DNA of 64,000 nt from Candidatus Moanibacter sp. (GTDB lineage Bacteria; Verrucomicrobiota; Verrucomicrobiia; Opitutales; UBA2987), in assembly GCA_965215885.1 (NCBI GenBank), contig CBDCEW010000004.1, positions 1 to 64,000 on the forward strand. The letters run 5' to 3'. Below are positions 49,819 to 60,834 of the stretch, piece after piece. Numbering within the stretch: position 1 is the stretch's first letter; each line of letters begins with the position of its first letter. Under the pieces are notes generated by a model. The model was not told where the DNA came from and did not search any database. It saw only the letters and a program-made list of their open reading frames with translations. Position numbers and translations under genes: made by a program.

Positions 49819-51696
49819 TCAATTCGCGTAGTAGACCCAAGCGGCCTCGTTGAAACTGAAAAACCACCGCGGGTTGGTGGATAGCCTGTAGAACCAGAGC
49901 CAGTCCTGATCCACATCGCTCCAAATGAACGGGAAGATCGCTTCGCTTGTCCAAAGCCAACCGATGGTCTCGCTCCACATCCAGAAACCGGATGAGTCCG
50001 CTTCGTCGAGGAAGACGAATCCCAATTCCGTATGCTCGATCCACGGAAAGTCGTCGGCGATAAAAGCGCCGAACCATTCAGTGCAGAATCGGTTGTCGAA
50101 TAAATTATCAGCCGGATCAAAGACGGCAGCCACTTCACCGACGATGCGATCATGGTTCGGCTCAGTTACTGTAATCGTAAAGCCGCCCAGCATCTCGGGA
50201 TCAAAGGCGGCGACGGAGACGATGAGAAGTGTATCGTCAGGCACGACGAAGGTAACTTCGTTTGAATTGCCTTCCGGGAAGAAGCTCTCCGCCACAATAT
50301 CACCGTCAAAGAAATCGAGGACTAAGATGTCGGGCTTCAGACCGGTGATTTCCGGGTCGACGTCGACACGCACGGTCACCGTCTGTCCCGGCTGCCCCGT
50401 CCCAAGGCGATAGGCCTTGATGTAAATTTCACCGTCGAAGGTATCCGTTTCAGTGAATTCGTCCTCGAATGGAAGGGCCGCGGAGATTGCTCTCAAACCG
50501 GAAAGACCGTGGAAAAGGAAAGAGAGGGGATAGCTGAGGTAATAGCCGCCGCTCCCCTGTAGTTCCATGGAGGATACCCGCAGGGTATAACGTCCGTTAG
50601 GAGCCGGTTGAAAGGTGAGGAGGTGAAGGGACTCTCCACTAACCCCGACTGAATCGATTACGCTTTCATCGGCTTTATTGATCAATGTGAGCCGCGGTGA
50701 GAAATCACTAGAGTAAATTTCGACGGTAAAACTTTCGTCGCTGCGAAGGCCCCGGATGGAATAATCCCGGGCATAGTAGGTTCCGCCGCGGCTGGGATCC
50801 TGGGCCGACCGTGAGTCGAGAGTTCCCCCAGTCGAGAAGAAATCACCGGTGGAGAAACGGAAATTCATAGTCTCGGAGATCCATTTTCTGAAGAAAAGCA
50901 CATCGGTGTATCGGCCATAGGAGTCGGGTGCCGCGCAACCGCGTAAAGAGCCGGAGCTGATAACCCCGGCGAGGGCCCAGCCCGTACTGCCGGACATTGG
51001 GACCATAAAAGGGCCGCCACTGTCGCCGAAGCACGCATCTCTACCACCCTCAGGGAAGCCCGCGTTGAATACTCCCTTTTCGATCCTCGAAGGGAAAGCG
51101 CAGGAGAACTGGACCGTTTCCACTTCCTGAATTGGAAGATCGACCTCCTGTAAAGATTCCGAGCGGCTACCCATGGGGGAAGTGAGCCCCCAGCCCAGAG
51201 CTTTTCCTATGGTTCCAGGTAATATCGCGGTCGGTTCGTCTACGAGGGGCAAGGGCGTAAGACCGGTAGCGGGGCGATCCAATCGAAGGAGAGCAATGTC
51301 GCCTGTAACATCACTGCCGAAATTGTAGTAGTGAGGGTTGATAAAAAGCTCCCTTACAGGAATCCTCTCAAAGGTGTTATCGGTGCGCAGGTTTGAGATC
51401 CCCAGGATAACTTCGATATCGCCGGGTGAACCGAATTCAGCGCAATGGGCGGCGGTTAGGACCCATTCGGAATCGATGAGTGTTCCTGCGCAAAACTGGG
51501 CTTGAGCGGGGTCGGCGCTCCCGCCGAAAGTCAGGGCCACCATCCATGGCCAGTCTGAGGGAGTCTCCCTGCCGCCGATGATTCTCGGGCTGAACACGCC
51601 CTCCGGAAGGTTTCCGGGTTCGACTGCGAGGCGGCTTAGGATTCCGGTGATTGTAAGTAATAGGATAGAGAGGAAAAACGTCTGGCGAAAGTTCAT
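49819..51696 (-). CDS. Secreted S1 trypsin-like protease with PPC-like domains and Trp-rich C-terminal domain
   Basis: R-IIGG, LTAAHC, DIALL, GDSGGP; signal peptide MNFRQTFFLSILLL. Confidence 0.93.
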   Translation of the reverse strand: MNFRQTFFLSILLLTITGILSRLAVEPGNLPEGVFSPRIIGGRETPSDWPWMVALTFGGSADPAQAQFCAGTLIDSEWVLTAAHCAEFGSPGDIEVILGISNLRTDNTFERIPVRELFINPHYYNFGSDVTGDIALLRLDRPATGLTPLPLVDEPTAILPGTIGKALGWGLTSPMGSRSESLQEVDLPIQEVETVQFSCAFPSRIEKGVFNAGFPEGGRDACFGDSGGPFMVPMSGSTGWALAGVISSGSLRGCAAPDSYGRYTDVLFFRKWISETMNFRFSTGDFFSTGGTLDSRSAQDPSRGGTYYARDYSIRGLRSDESFTVEIYSSDFSPRLTLINKADESVIDSVGVSGESLHLLTFQPAPNGRYTLRVSSMELQGSGGYYLSYPLSFLFHGLSGLRAISAALPFEDEFTETDTFDGEIYIKAYRLGTGQPGQTVTVRVDVDPEITGLKPDILVLDFFDGDIVAESFFPEGNSNEVTFVVPDDTLLIVSVAAFDPEMLGGFTITVTEPNHDRIVGEVAAVFDPADNLFDNRFCTEWFGAFIADDFPWIEHTELGFVFLDEADSSGFWMWSETIGWLWTSEAIFPFIWSDVDQDWLWFYRLSTNPRWFFSFNEAAWVYYAN

Positions 51697-51743
51697 GGAC
51701 CGGGTTGGGAGTGGGTGTCTATCGTAAATCGTGGTAATTGCCG

Positions 51744-51774
51744 AAGTGGGACAGGCTTCCAGCCTGTCCCACTT
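51744..51774. repeat. REP-like hairpin
   Basis: AAGTGGGACAGGCT-TCC-AGCCTGTCCCACTT. Confidence 0.85.
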
Positions 51775-51904
51775 TCCTGCATCAAGATTCGCGCCTGTTT
51801 GATCTGGCGAAGGCACGACGGCCGAGAGCGAGACTAATGTGAAAATTCAATGTCGATGCGGGTTGGTGGGCGGTCCATGATCAATCAAATCGGTGGCAAC
51901 ACGA

Positions 51905-51971
51905 ACGAAATGCTCCCGCATTCCGCTACGCTCCGAATCGAAGCATGTAGCGGAATGCGGGAGCATTTCGT
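51905..51971. repeat. REP-like inverted repeat (25-bp arms)
   Basis: ACGAAATGCTCCCGCATTCCGCTAC / GTAGCGGAATGCGGGAGCATTTCGT. Confidence 0.88.
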
Positions 51972-52113
51972 CCTGCGACCTAACCGTTCAATTTCCAAAT
52001 CCGAAAGGGAGAACCGAATCTTCGACAAGTGAATGTTGGCCAAGCCGAGAACGAGGACGAGAACGATTTGCCGGAGGGCTCGGAAGCCCACATATCAAGA
52101 AACGTAACAAATC

Positions 52114-53991
52114 CTACCAGACAACCGGATGCGTCTTCCCATTCGTCACATTGATGAGACCGGAGGGGTTATCTTCACGGGGCGCCACAAGAACCCATTT
52201 CCATGGTGTACAGGTGAGGAAGGCAAAGATCATGTGGCGCGGAAGTCCAGGCTGACCGATCCACTCCATCTTATCGGCTTCCGAATAGAGATGATCGAGC
52301 TCACCAGCCACCTCTTCCACTGGGCGCTGTGACATCAGTCCGCCGATTTCGTAGCGAACGCGAGCCACAATCTCTCCATTTCGCACGAGGCACCACCCAC
52401 CCCCCGTCTCGGCGAGGTCATTGACCGCTATCGCCATCGCTTCATCGCTACTTCCAATCGTCCAGATATTATGAAGATCGTGAGCCACTGAACAAGCCAC
52501 GGCAGAATTGGGGGTTCGCAAGCCGACACCTCGCCAGAACATCTTTGATATGCCGCCCTTTCCCCCGTAGCGATCGACCATGGCTACCTTGGTGATACCC
52601 CTTTTCGGGGCCCTTTGGACGAGCCCTTCTTCTACTTTGAGCGTCTCGGTCGGCAACTCCTCTCCGAAATACAAGTGCTCGAGGATCGCAGCCTTTACTT
52701 CACCCCTTCCGGCGGGAGCCCGAATCTCGAAATCTTTGGCATTCAGGCGGCGTCCAATTTGGATCGTATTTCGCGCCCAGTCAGGGTAGTCAATTTTCGG
52801 GACTTCCAGAAGATAGCGTTTCCGGTCGGAGGCCAGTCTTCCACTGGCAAATACTCGCGTAATTCCGACTTTTTCGATGTCATCAAGGAGAACCACGTCG
52901 GCGTAGCGGCCGGGTGCGATGGAACCGACGAGGTGCTCGAGATGCCAATGCCGCGCTGGATAGTAACTTCCCATCGCGTATGCCGCTTCCACTGGGGCGC
53001 CCGACTCAATGGCGGCACGAATATTGTAATCCATCGTTCCCAATTCGAGAGATGCGAGAACATCCCTGTCATCAGTCGATACCGATAGATTCGACCAGTC
53101 CCTGATTCCGTTTTTGAGCAGCATCGGGATTACGATGCGACAGGCGTCCGGCTTAAGCTGGGCGAAGACACCACTCTGAATCTTTCTCCAGCCTTCCATT
53201 CCATCCCTGATCGAGTGATCGCTGGAAAGACCGGCCGCGGCAAAGGCATTGACATCGTCGGGCGAGGTCAGTCCGTAGCCATGGCCCTCCACCACACCGC
53301 GGGCATCCAATGTCGCCTGAATGACTTCCCACAGTCTCCCATAGCCAGGAGATTCCGGATTCCACACGCTGGTCCAATCCATGACCTCACCCAGTCCAGC
53401 TACCCGCAAGTCCTGCTTGAGAAACCTGGCAACCTCATCATAGCCATAGTAGCCTGCGCCATATTCAAACGCCGTCGGCGGTGTTGCTGAACCGATTGCA
53501 ACGTAGACCTTCAAGGGAGATTGATGCCGAGCCGACTCGAGCCAGAAGTCGATATTCCGGTCTCCGACCACGTTGGAGAATTCATGCGAGCCCTCTACCG
53601 TCCAGGTATTCCCGCGCGGAATTACGAGCTGCGCTTCGTACTCGGGTGTAACATGACTGCTCTCGATGTGTTTGTGCGATTCGCCAAAACCCGGAACCGC
53701 CCATTCACCCTGTGCCTCTATTATCGACTCCGCTTCCCCGGGCCAGGACCCGGCGTCCCCAACCCAGGCGATTCGTTCTCCCACAATCACAATATCCTGC
53801 TCTTTTCTCCAGGTGAGGGTGAACACATCGAGAACATCAGCTCCCCGGATGATGAGGTCGGCAGGCTGTTTCCCAAGAGCAACAAGCGTTAGTTCCTGCC
53901 GCGCCCGGATCTCTGTGTTGTATTTGAATTCCGCACCTGCGAGTTGTGGCGCCAATGCAGCTATGATAAGAAAGGCAATTCGATTCTTCAT
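52114..53991 (-). CDS. Adenine deaminase family amidohydrolase with signal peptide
   Basis: HKHIESS, HE, GEVM, EGH, TDD, GSIAPGRYAD, SVAHDLHN. Confidence 0.88.
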   Translation of the reverse strand: MKNRIAFLIIAALAPQLAGAEFKYNTEIRARQELTLVALGKQPADLIIRGADVLDVFTLTWRKEQDIVIVGERIAWVGDAGSWPGEAESIIEAQGEWAVPGFGESHKHIESSHVTPEYEAQLVIPRGNTWTVEGSHEFSNVVGDRNIDFWLESARHQSPLKVYVAIGSATPPTAFEYGAGYYGYDEVARFLKQDLRVAGLGEVMDWTSVWNPESPGYGRLWEVIQATLDARGVVEGHGYGLTSPDDVNAFAAAGLSSDHSIRDGMEGWRKIQSGVFAQLKPDACRIVIPMLLKNGIRDWSNLSVSTDDRDVLASLELGTMDYNIRAAIESGAPVEAAYAMGSYYPARHWHLEHLVGSIAPGRYADVVLLDDIEKVGITRVFASGRLASDRKRYLLEVPKIDYPDWARNTIQIGRRLNAKDFEIRAPAGRGEVKAAILEHLYFGEELPTETLKVEEGLVQRAPKRGITKVAMVDRYGGKGGISKMFWRGVGLRTPNSAVACSVAHDLHNIWTIGSSDEAMAIAVNDLAETGGGWCLVRNGEIVARVRYEIGGLMSQRPVEEVAGELDHLYSEADKMEWIGQPGLPRHMIFAFLTCTPWKWVLVAPREDNPSGLINVTNGKTHPVVW

Positions 53992-54163
53992 TTTGATTTC
54001 ACATGCCAGGAGTAACGTTTGCTATTCCAGAGGCTGAAAGTTAACTTTCAGCAATATCCAAGGTCTCTTTCCTAAAGAGGGATGACCTGATTCACAAGTG
54101 CTATCTATGTGTTGTGGCAAGAGTGAGGAATAAATTCCCTCTAACCAGCAACAGACTGAACAA

Positions 54164-56311
54164 TCAGGCGACTTCTCGGGATGCTATCAAGGTCCATCGA
54201 CCGAGCACTTCCTTTAGTTCCCTGAGCGCTAGGGGTTTAGAGATGTAGTCATTCATGCCGACGGCCAGGCATTTTTCGCGATCACCTTTCATTGCATGGG
54301 CGGTCATCGCTATAATGGGTATACGCCGATCGACATCTTCGTGTTTTCGAATTGCGGCGGTTGCCTGATAACCATTCATACGAGGCATCTGACAATCCAT
54401 AAGCACGAGATCGAAGTGCCCCGTCTCGCAGGCCTCGACTGCTTCTACACCGTCCGAGGCACATGATACATTGTGCCCAAGCTTCTCCAGAATTTTCTCC
54501 ACAAACTTACGATTAAAAGTACTATCATCGACAACCAGGATACGGAATTTCTCCAAATTACTCTCAGTAATCGTGGCGCTCGTAACGATGCCGGAGTCAT
54601 GGGACTCCCGGCCGGTTCCCGGCTGGCCTAGAACGGTTGAGAGACATGCATATAGATCGGCCTGCTTGATCGGTTTGGTCAGGTAGGCGGCAAAGCCAAT
54701 CCGCATCAGTCGAGAGAAATCACCCTTGCGTTCCATCGAAGTCACCATGATCAGCTCCGTATCCTTGAGTCGGTCGTCCCCTTTGATCTTACGTCCCAGT
54801 GTTTCGCCATCCATATCCGGCATTTGCATGTCGGTGATCAGGACATCGATTGGTGTGCCCGCAACGTGAGATCTACAGATTCTCTCAAACGCTTCCATGG
54901 CGGAACACGCTTCCTCCGGCATACATCCAAGGTTCTCTAATTGCTTAGCCAAGATCGTCCGATTCAAAGTATTATCATCAAGCAAGAGCACCCGTTTGCC
55001 TTGCAATTTCCTGGGAAGGGTAAGAGGAACTGGCTTTGTCACCTCACGCTGTTTTTCGAGCACTACAGAAAGCGAAAAGCAAGAACCTTCCGACTCTGTG
55101 CTCTCGACATGGACCGACCCTCCCATCAATTCAGCGAGTTCCTTGGAGATGGCGAGCCCTAAACCTGTTCCGCCAAAATTTCGCGTCGAGGAAGAGTCGA
55201 CTTGAGAGAAAGCCTCGAAAATCCGTGAGAGTGAATCTTCAGGAATACCGATTCCGGTGTCGGTTATGATAAACCCTATTTTTGCGCTGGATTCGTCTGA
55301 TTCTTCGAGGTTCACTGCAATGTCCACGCTTCCTTTCTCGGTAAACTTTATCGCATTGTTGATGAGATTAATCAGGATCTGACGCAGCCTGCCTACGTCA
55401 CCTCTCAGGAATCTCGGAACGTCGGGACTCACCTTACAGCTCAGTCTTAGGCACTTCTGGTTTGCGCTCAGAGAGAGCATGTTGACTACCTCCTCAATCG
55501 TTTCGGGGAGGTTAAAGTCGATCGACTCCAGATCCAATTGTCGCGCCTCGATCTTTGAAATGTCGAGAATGTCATTGATCAGGGAAAGGAGTGTATCCGA
55601 AGACTTTCGCACTATCTCGGCGTACTCCTGTTGTTGCGACACCAAATCGGTATCAAGCAGTAGCTCCGTAAAACCAATAACGGCGTTCATCGGTGTTCGC
55701 AATTCATGACTCATGTTGGCGAGAAACTCACTTTTTGCCTGATTTGCTTTCTCGAGTTCCTGTGTTCTCTCCCGCACCATCCGCTCCAGGTCGTCCATTT
55801 TGAGCCGTGCTCTCTTTGCCAGATTCCACTTTTCCAATAAGGCGGAAGCAAGTTGAAGAAACTCTATATTATCGAACGGCTTTTTGAGAATTAGCAGCTG
55901 GTCGGATTGACCCAGCCGTTCCGTTATCTTCTCCCAGGGATTATCCGAGTACGCCGTACAGATTACGATTTGGAGATCAGGAGCAACACTCCAGAGGTTT
56001 TCGATCGTCTCCAGGCCATCCCAACCGGGTGGCATGCGCATATCCACGAAGGCGAGCGCGTAAGGTCGATTGGACCCGAGCGCATCCTTGACCATAGCCA
56101 ATCCCTCCCGACCCTGGTAGGCGGAGTCGATGGTAAAATCTGCTTCGATGGAGGTATCGGAGGATGCACCGAAGAGCACTGCCTCGACCTCCTCCATAGA
56201 TTCATTCCTGGACTGTGAGAGGCTCAGTATCTTGCGAAAATCCTCGTGAATAGCCGAGTTATCGTCGATTAGAAGGATTCGCCTGTTTTCCAGGTCAGAT
56301 GAAAGTCTCAT
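54164..56311 (-). CDS. Hybrid histidine kinase/response regulator (REC-HisKA-HATPase-REC-REC)
   Basis: FLANMSHELRTP, NNAIKFT, DTGIG, GGTGLGL; three receiver domains. Confidence 0.95.
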   Translation of the reverse strand: MRLSSDLENRRILLIDDNSAIHEDFRKILSLSQSRNESMEEVEAVLFGASSDTSIEADFTIDSAYQGREGLAMVKDALGSNRPYALAFVDMRMPPGWDGLETIENLWSVAPDLQIVICTAYSDNPWEKITERLGQSDQLLILKKPFDNIEFLQLASALLEKWNLAKRARLKMDDLERMVRERTQELEKANQAKSEFLANMSHELRTPMNAVIGFTELLLDTDLVSQQQEYAEIVRKSSDTLLSLINDILDISKIEARQLDLESIDFNLPETIEEVVNMLSLSANQKCLRLSCKVSPDVPRFLRGDVGRLRQILINLINNAIKFTEKGSVDIAVNLEESDESSAKIGFIITDTGIGIPEDSLSRIFEAFSQVDSSSTRNFGGTGLGLAISKELAELMGGSVHVESTESEGSCFSLSVVLEKQREVTKPVPLTLPRKLQGKRVLLLDDNTLNRTILAKQLENLGCMPEEACSAMEAFERICRSHVAGTPIDVLITDMQMPDMDGETLGRKIKGDDRLKDTELIMVTSMERKGDFSRLMRIGFAAYLTKPIKQADLYACLSTVLGQPGTGRESHDSGIVTSATITESNLEKFRILVVDDSTFNRKFVEKILEKLGHNVSCASDGVEAVEACETGHFDLVLMDCQMPRMNGYQATAAIRKHEDVDRRIPIIAMTAHAMKGDREKCLAVGMNDYISKPLALRELKEVLGRWTLIASREVA

Positions 56312-56334
56312 TCTCCAATTTCTCTAGCTCTAGT

Positions 56335-58179
56335 CCTAAAATAAGCGCGTTTAAAGGTTGAACAGGAAACTTCGTTATTCCTAACGTTATTTGCCATGCT
56401 GGCGGTAGTTTTGCCGCCGCCACCCTTGGGCTGGTTTCATGTTTTGCTTTTTTTGAGTCATATCCGTTCTGTTTTAACGTTAGTTCTGTCCCCTTTTTGG
56501 GATACGCCGACAGTCCTTCCGTTGTGGCTGTGCGTTCGCGGTTACTTGATCTGCTACCCAGGCGACATAGATCGGAATCGCTCCCAGGTGCTGATAAAAT
56601 CTCCCATCCACTCGTTCCAGCTTAAAAGCCGATAAACAATTCGGCGCCCGCTTCGGATGATTTGCGCGGGGAGCAAGATGATGGCGTGAAGGAAGCGCCG
56701 AAACTCCATCTTCACGATCTCCAACCCCCGCTGGCGGTTGGGCATGAGTAATCCATACCACGCCTTCAGGTTCCAGGCCAATGCTGTCATTACCATATAG
56801 GCCCAATTGCTCAAAAGATCATCCACGGGCATACGCATCGCATTAACCCCGTTTTTGAGTTGCTCAATAACGTTCTCCTGATCGCAGCGTTGATTCGCAA
56901 AGGCGACCACCTGCTCCTTAGTCAGGTCCCTACGATTTGTGATATAAAAAAAGTAGCGGATCTCATCAAAGAGCACTACTTCGCCCTTTTGCACACTGAT
57001 GTTCTTACGCACCACCACCATCCGATAGGTCTTTTTGCACTTGTTGGGCCGATAGTCCAACTCGGCCACACTTTCTGCCTCCAGCACCTTGTTTTCAAAA
57101 TCCTTCTGGTGCACGATCCCTTCCTTCACTCGCGGCGCTTTAGCTCTCGATTCGGTCGCTATTTCATGCTTGGGCAACCGCTCCAGTTCGCTCCAGGCCG
57201 TCTCTCTGAACTCCTCGGCCAGTCCCACCACTTTGGGATGCGCATCCATTCCGAAGATAAATCCCGTTCCTTCTTCATCCCACCGATCGAAGTTTTCTGT
57301 CAACGAAAAGTCCGTATCCCCTCGCAAGCAGATTTTCCCCGCATGCGCACGCACAAGTTCCACCGCCCGATCAATCCACTTTACGCATCCCTCATGGCTA
57401 GTCTCATTGCCCGGTCGATTCACCATGTAGAGCACTTCCCTGGTATTTGCCAAACTCACGATCAGCGGTGCATAGCCCCAGATCCCCTTATAGCTTATTC
57501 CCATACCCCCTTTGCACTTCCCTCTCGTCTGCGCTATCGTCCCGTCCACATCGATGAACGCCTCCTCCATGAATCCTTTTGCCTGCTTGTTCCACACCCC
57601 TTGCCGTATCCGGTTGATCCCTTCCATCAATTTTTCGATCGCGCCTTCATCAAAGCGTCGGGTGAAGTCTCCACTGGTCGTCGGATCCGGTATCCTCTGC
57701 GCTCCTAAGGCATTCAGAAAAACCTCGTCCTTGCGGCGCAATTCGATGTCTTCGAGCCGGATCCCTCCCAATAATGCGTTGTAGGCTATGTTGAGCACAT
57801 GATCACTCTCATGATACGGCAGGTGGCGCTTGAGCAACTGCACGCTCTGGTCGAGCTCTTCCACCAACCCCAGTCTCTTCACCATCAGGTGAATCGCTCC
57901 TATCCCTCCACAACTCACCCCTTTGCCTCGTTCGGCCGTCTCGTAGTGGATGTTGCTCGCTTTGAACATCGGTTTGGCCTGTTCAGGCCAGCCCCGATTT
58001 CTAAGCCGATGCTTTATTCTTCTCTTGCTATTGTGGAGGTTCTTGCGGTATCTTCTTTTCACTCGAAACGTCCTTTTTTTCTGGGTGGTTTTTTTGGTCG
58101 ATTAACAGTTTTCCCAGTATCTAAGCGCGTTTCGAGCTTTTTATTGCGTTAGGTATATTCCAATCACACTTGTTCGAGG
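56335..58179 (-). mobile_element. IS1380 family insertion sequence
   Basis: Ends CCTAAAATAAGCG / rc CCTCGAACAAGTG; TCTAGT duplicated at 56329-56334 and 58180-58185. Confidence 0.85.
56554..58062 (-). CDS. IS1380 family transposase
   Basis: IDVDGT, GYAPL, LRGDTDF, NQRCDQENVIEQLK, NWAYM. Confidence 0.93.
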   Translation of the reverse strand: MKRRYRKNLHNSKRRIKHRLRNRGWPEQAKPMFKASNIHYETAERGKGVSCGGIGAIHLMVKRLGLVEELDQSVQLLKRHLPYHESDHVLNIAYNALLGGIRLEDIELRRKDEVFLNALGAQRIPDPTTSGDFTRRFDEGAIEKLMEGINRIRQGVWNKQAKGFMEEAFIDVDGTIAQTRGKCKGGMGISYKGIWGYAPLIVSLANTREVLYMVNRPGNETSHEGCVKWIDRAVELVRAHAGKICLRGDTDFSLTENFDRWDEEGTGFIFGMDAHPKVVGLAEEFRETAWSELERLPKHEIATESRAKAPRVKEGIVHQKDFENKVLEAESVAELDYRPNKCKKTYRMVVVRKNISVQKGEVVLFDEIRYFFYITNRRDLTKEQVVAFANQRCDQENVIEQLKNGVNAMRMPVDDLLSNWAYMVMTALAWNLKAWYGLLMPNRQRGLEIVKMEFRRFLHAIILLPAQIIRSGRRIVYRLLSWNEWMGDFISTWERFRSMSPG

Positions 58180-58180
58180 T

Positions 58181-60214
58181 CTAGTCCGCAATCGGTAGTT
58201 CCAGGGTGAAGGTTGCTCCACATCCTTTTCCCTCGCTATAGGCGCACAAGGAGCCGTTCATTTCACGTGCAGCGTTGGCGCCACTGTGAAGACCGAAACC
58301 GTGTCCTTCAGCCCGGGTAGTGAAACCGTGGGAAAAGATTTGGTCCGAATCTTCGGGCGTAATGCCAATTCCGTTATCCCTTACGGTGACCCGAACTCGA
58401 CCGTTTCCGTTCATGCTCACTCCGATATCGATTCTCCTGTCCCCAGGTGCGCGCTCGCTCACAGCATATTTACCGTTGTGCAGAAGATTAACGAGAATCT
58501 GTAGCACTTTGTGCTTATCAACGAGCACGGGCGGCACTTTTTCAAAGTCTCTAAAGACGTTTACGGAATGCCGCGTAAAACCAGCAGCATTGATTGAGTA
58601 TGCATCCTCAATGAGTTCGACAATTTCCTGGCGTTCGCTGAGTCCGGAGACCCTCGCATAGTTCTGCTGCATCGCGACGATATCTTTGATATGCTCGATG
58701 TTCTTCCTCAGGCTGTCCAGTTCATCGACGAGTTCCTCTCTCTCACGCAACACGTGTTCAGAGAGGTCGTTGATATAACCCGGTAAGAGTTGCCCCTTGG
58801 GATGAGCCGTCAGAAAGGTTGCCATGTCCTCTTCGTGCTCTTTAAGGAGGGCAGAAATTCTCGGCAGAATCTGTATTCTGGATTTGCGTATCACTTCCGT
58901 AATAAGAGTCGCTGTGACATTCACACTGTTTAGCACGTTTCCAACGTTGTGCAGGACGCCGGTAGCGACTGCAGCCATACCGGCCTGGTGAGAGGCCTCC
59001 AACAGCTTTTTATGAAGGTCTTGCAATTCCTGTTCCGCATTCTTTCGTGCCGTAATATCGATGACGGAAATAAAGACTTTCGACCATGTATCTTCGTATC
59101 CAGGCGGAATTGAGAGACTGGTAAGCGTATGAAACTCCCGACCGTCGAGAGTCAGACCGACAAACTCCCCTTGATAAGCCACCTCCCCATTGGCGAAAGC
59201 GATGAGTTCTTCACAAAAAGCTCTACTCGAGTCTTTGCTCAAGAGGCGGGAAAGACCTTGAAAAAGCGCTTCCTTATTCTCTGCCTGATGTAATTCCAGA
59301 GTAGCTTCATTGACATCGACGATCTTCACTTTTGAAGCACAGAAATCGACAGCCTCGGGATGCGCCCGAAAATATCCCTCAAAGTCCCTTACTCCTGATC
59401 TCTTGAGTTCGTCGATATGAGACTTAACTTCGGAAAAATCCTCTTCCCAGAGAGAGATGGGACAGCCTTCGAAAAAGCTACGGTATTGAATTTCGCTTCT
59501 CCTTATGGCATGGTCCTGTTCCTCGATCCGTTCCAACATCTGATTAAAAGCGTCGGTGTAGAGACCAATCTCATCATCTTCCATTTTCTCGGCACGCATG
59601 GAATAGTCTCGCTTACTTGCAATAAGGATAGCGGTATCAGACAGCTTCTGAATGGGCTCCGAGATTACTTTTTGCATACGAGATGAGAAGACAACGGTGA
59701 GGGAAATCGAGATTATCAGAACACCGCCAAGTATCAGCAGGTCGAGCTTGAGCATCCTCGAGAGCACCTTCCGTTGATCTGAGACCAGATAGAGGCTTCC
59801 GATCTCTTCCTGATCGAGGATTATGGGCTCGGCGTAAATCAGGTGTCTATCCGTTAACCCATTCCCCGTTGGCTTCGGTGGAGTCTCAAGAGAAGATGGA
59901 GCACCGGGACTATCGAATCGTGCAAAAAGGCTTCCGTCAGGCAGGTGAATGGTGGAGAATATGATGTGCGGTTTTGCGTGCAGCGCCGCCAGAATGTCAT
60001 CTGCCGCCCCCCTGTCATTGAAGGTGATTGCGGCAGTACTGTTCTCTGCAATGATTTGACCTAAAGCCGCGAGGTCTCGGGCATAGTTCTGCCGAAAAGT
60101 AAGAATCTGAAAGGCAAAGAGTGCCGCCAGGGCCACCGATAGTCCGACCCCACTCGAAAATAGTACGATAAGGGTGATCTTACGCCCGATCGGAAGATTC
60201 TTCAGAAGCCTCAT
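58181..60214 (-). CDS. Membrane sensor histidine kinase (CHASE8-like, HAMP, PAS, HisKA, HATPase)
   Basis: Two TM segments, [44 protein letters not shown]. Confidence 0.93.
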   Translation of the reverse strand: MRLLKNLPIGRKITLIVLFSSGVGLSVALAALFAFQILTFRQNYARDLAALGQIIAENSTAAITFNDRGAADDILAALHAKPHIIFSTIHLPDGSLFARFDSPGAPSSLETPPKPTGNGLTDRHLIYAEPIILDQEEIGSLYLVSDQRKVLSRMLKLDLLILGGVLIISISLTVVFSSRMQKVISEPIQKLSDTAILIASKRDYSMRAEKMEDDEIGLYTDAFNQMLERIEEQDHAIRRSEIQYRSFFEGCPISLWEEDFSEVKSHIDELKRSGVRDFEGYFRAHPEAVDFCASKVKIVDVNEATLELHQAENKEALFQGLSRLLSKDSSRAFCEELIAFANGEVAYQGEFVGLTLDGREFHTLTSLSIPPGYEDTWSKVFISVIDITARKNAEQELQDLHKKLLEASHQAGMAAVATGVLHNVGNVLNSVNVTATLITEVIRKSRIQILPRISALLKEHEEDMATFLTAHPKGQLLPGYINDLSEHVLREREELVDELDSLRKNIEHIKDIVAMQQNYARVSGLSERQEIVELIEDAYSINAAGFTRHSVNVFRDFEKVPPVLVDKHKVLQILVNLLHNGKYAVSERAPGDRRIDIGVSMNGNGRVRVTVRDNGIGITPEDSDQIFSHGFTTRAEGHGFGLHSGANAAREMNGSLCAYSEGKGCGATFTLELPIAD

Positions 60215-60786
60215 CTGACCTTTCCTGCTTTTTTACTCTTCCCATCTTCAACTACGCGCGCCACGCTGAGCAGCTTTGAACTGATACTGAGACCCACGTC
60301 GTTGGCGGCCCGCGCGTTTATCTCGAAGCGAACGTGGTCATCGATGAGCATAAATCCGATGATACCCCCAACATAAGCGAAGCTCTCAATCTCGCTTACG
60401 GTTAAAATTCCAACATTCTCAAGCTCCGCCAGGATTTCTTCGACGTGATTTTTTTCTGAACGACCGACGAAGAGAAGGTGACAGGCAAACGCATCGGCTG
60501 TACGATGAAAACGTCGGACCTTCAGCCTCCGCCCGTTTATCGTCTTTTCGCGAATCGTCGTTTCGAGAATCTCGCCGAAGGGGTCAACCCCCAGCAACCC
60601 TATTATCAGAGGTTGGTTTTTGTCGGGAAATAACTCCTGGGGCCATTCGACGAATCTGGCAAAATTGTAGAGATACGCTGCCTTTACCTGATATTCGCTT
60701 ATCCGTTGGGACTCCGCGCTAACATTGTGCCCCATCGCAAGAAAGAAGATTAACGCAGGTGTCCACCATTTTCGAAGATCGGGCAT
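60211..60786 (-). CDS. YfiR family (DUF4154) periplasmic protein
   Basis: EYQVKAAYLYNFARFVEWP, CHLLFV, VRFEIN, ISSKLL. Confidence 0.92.
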   Translation of the reverse strand: MPDLRKWWTPALIFFLAMGHNVSAESQRISEYQVKAAYLYNFARFVEWPQELFPDKNQPLIIGLLGVDPFGEILETTIREKTINGRRLKVRRFHRTADAFACHLLFVGRSEKNHVEEILAELENVGILTVSEIESFAYVGGIIGFMLIDDHVRFEINARAANDVGLSISSKLLSVARVVEDGKSKKAGKVR

Positions 60787-60834
60787 CTTACGGAAATCTC
60801 TCTTGATATCAATTCCGAGACCTCAGAACGGCTG

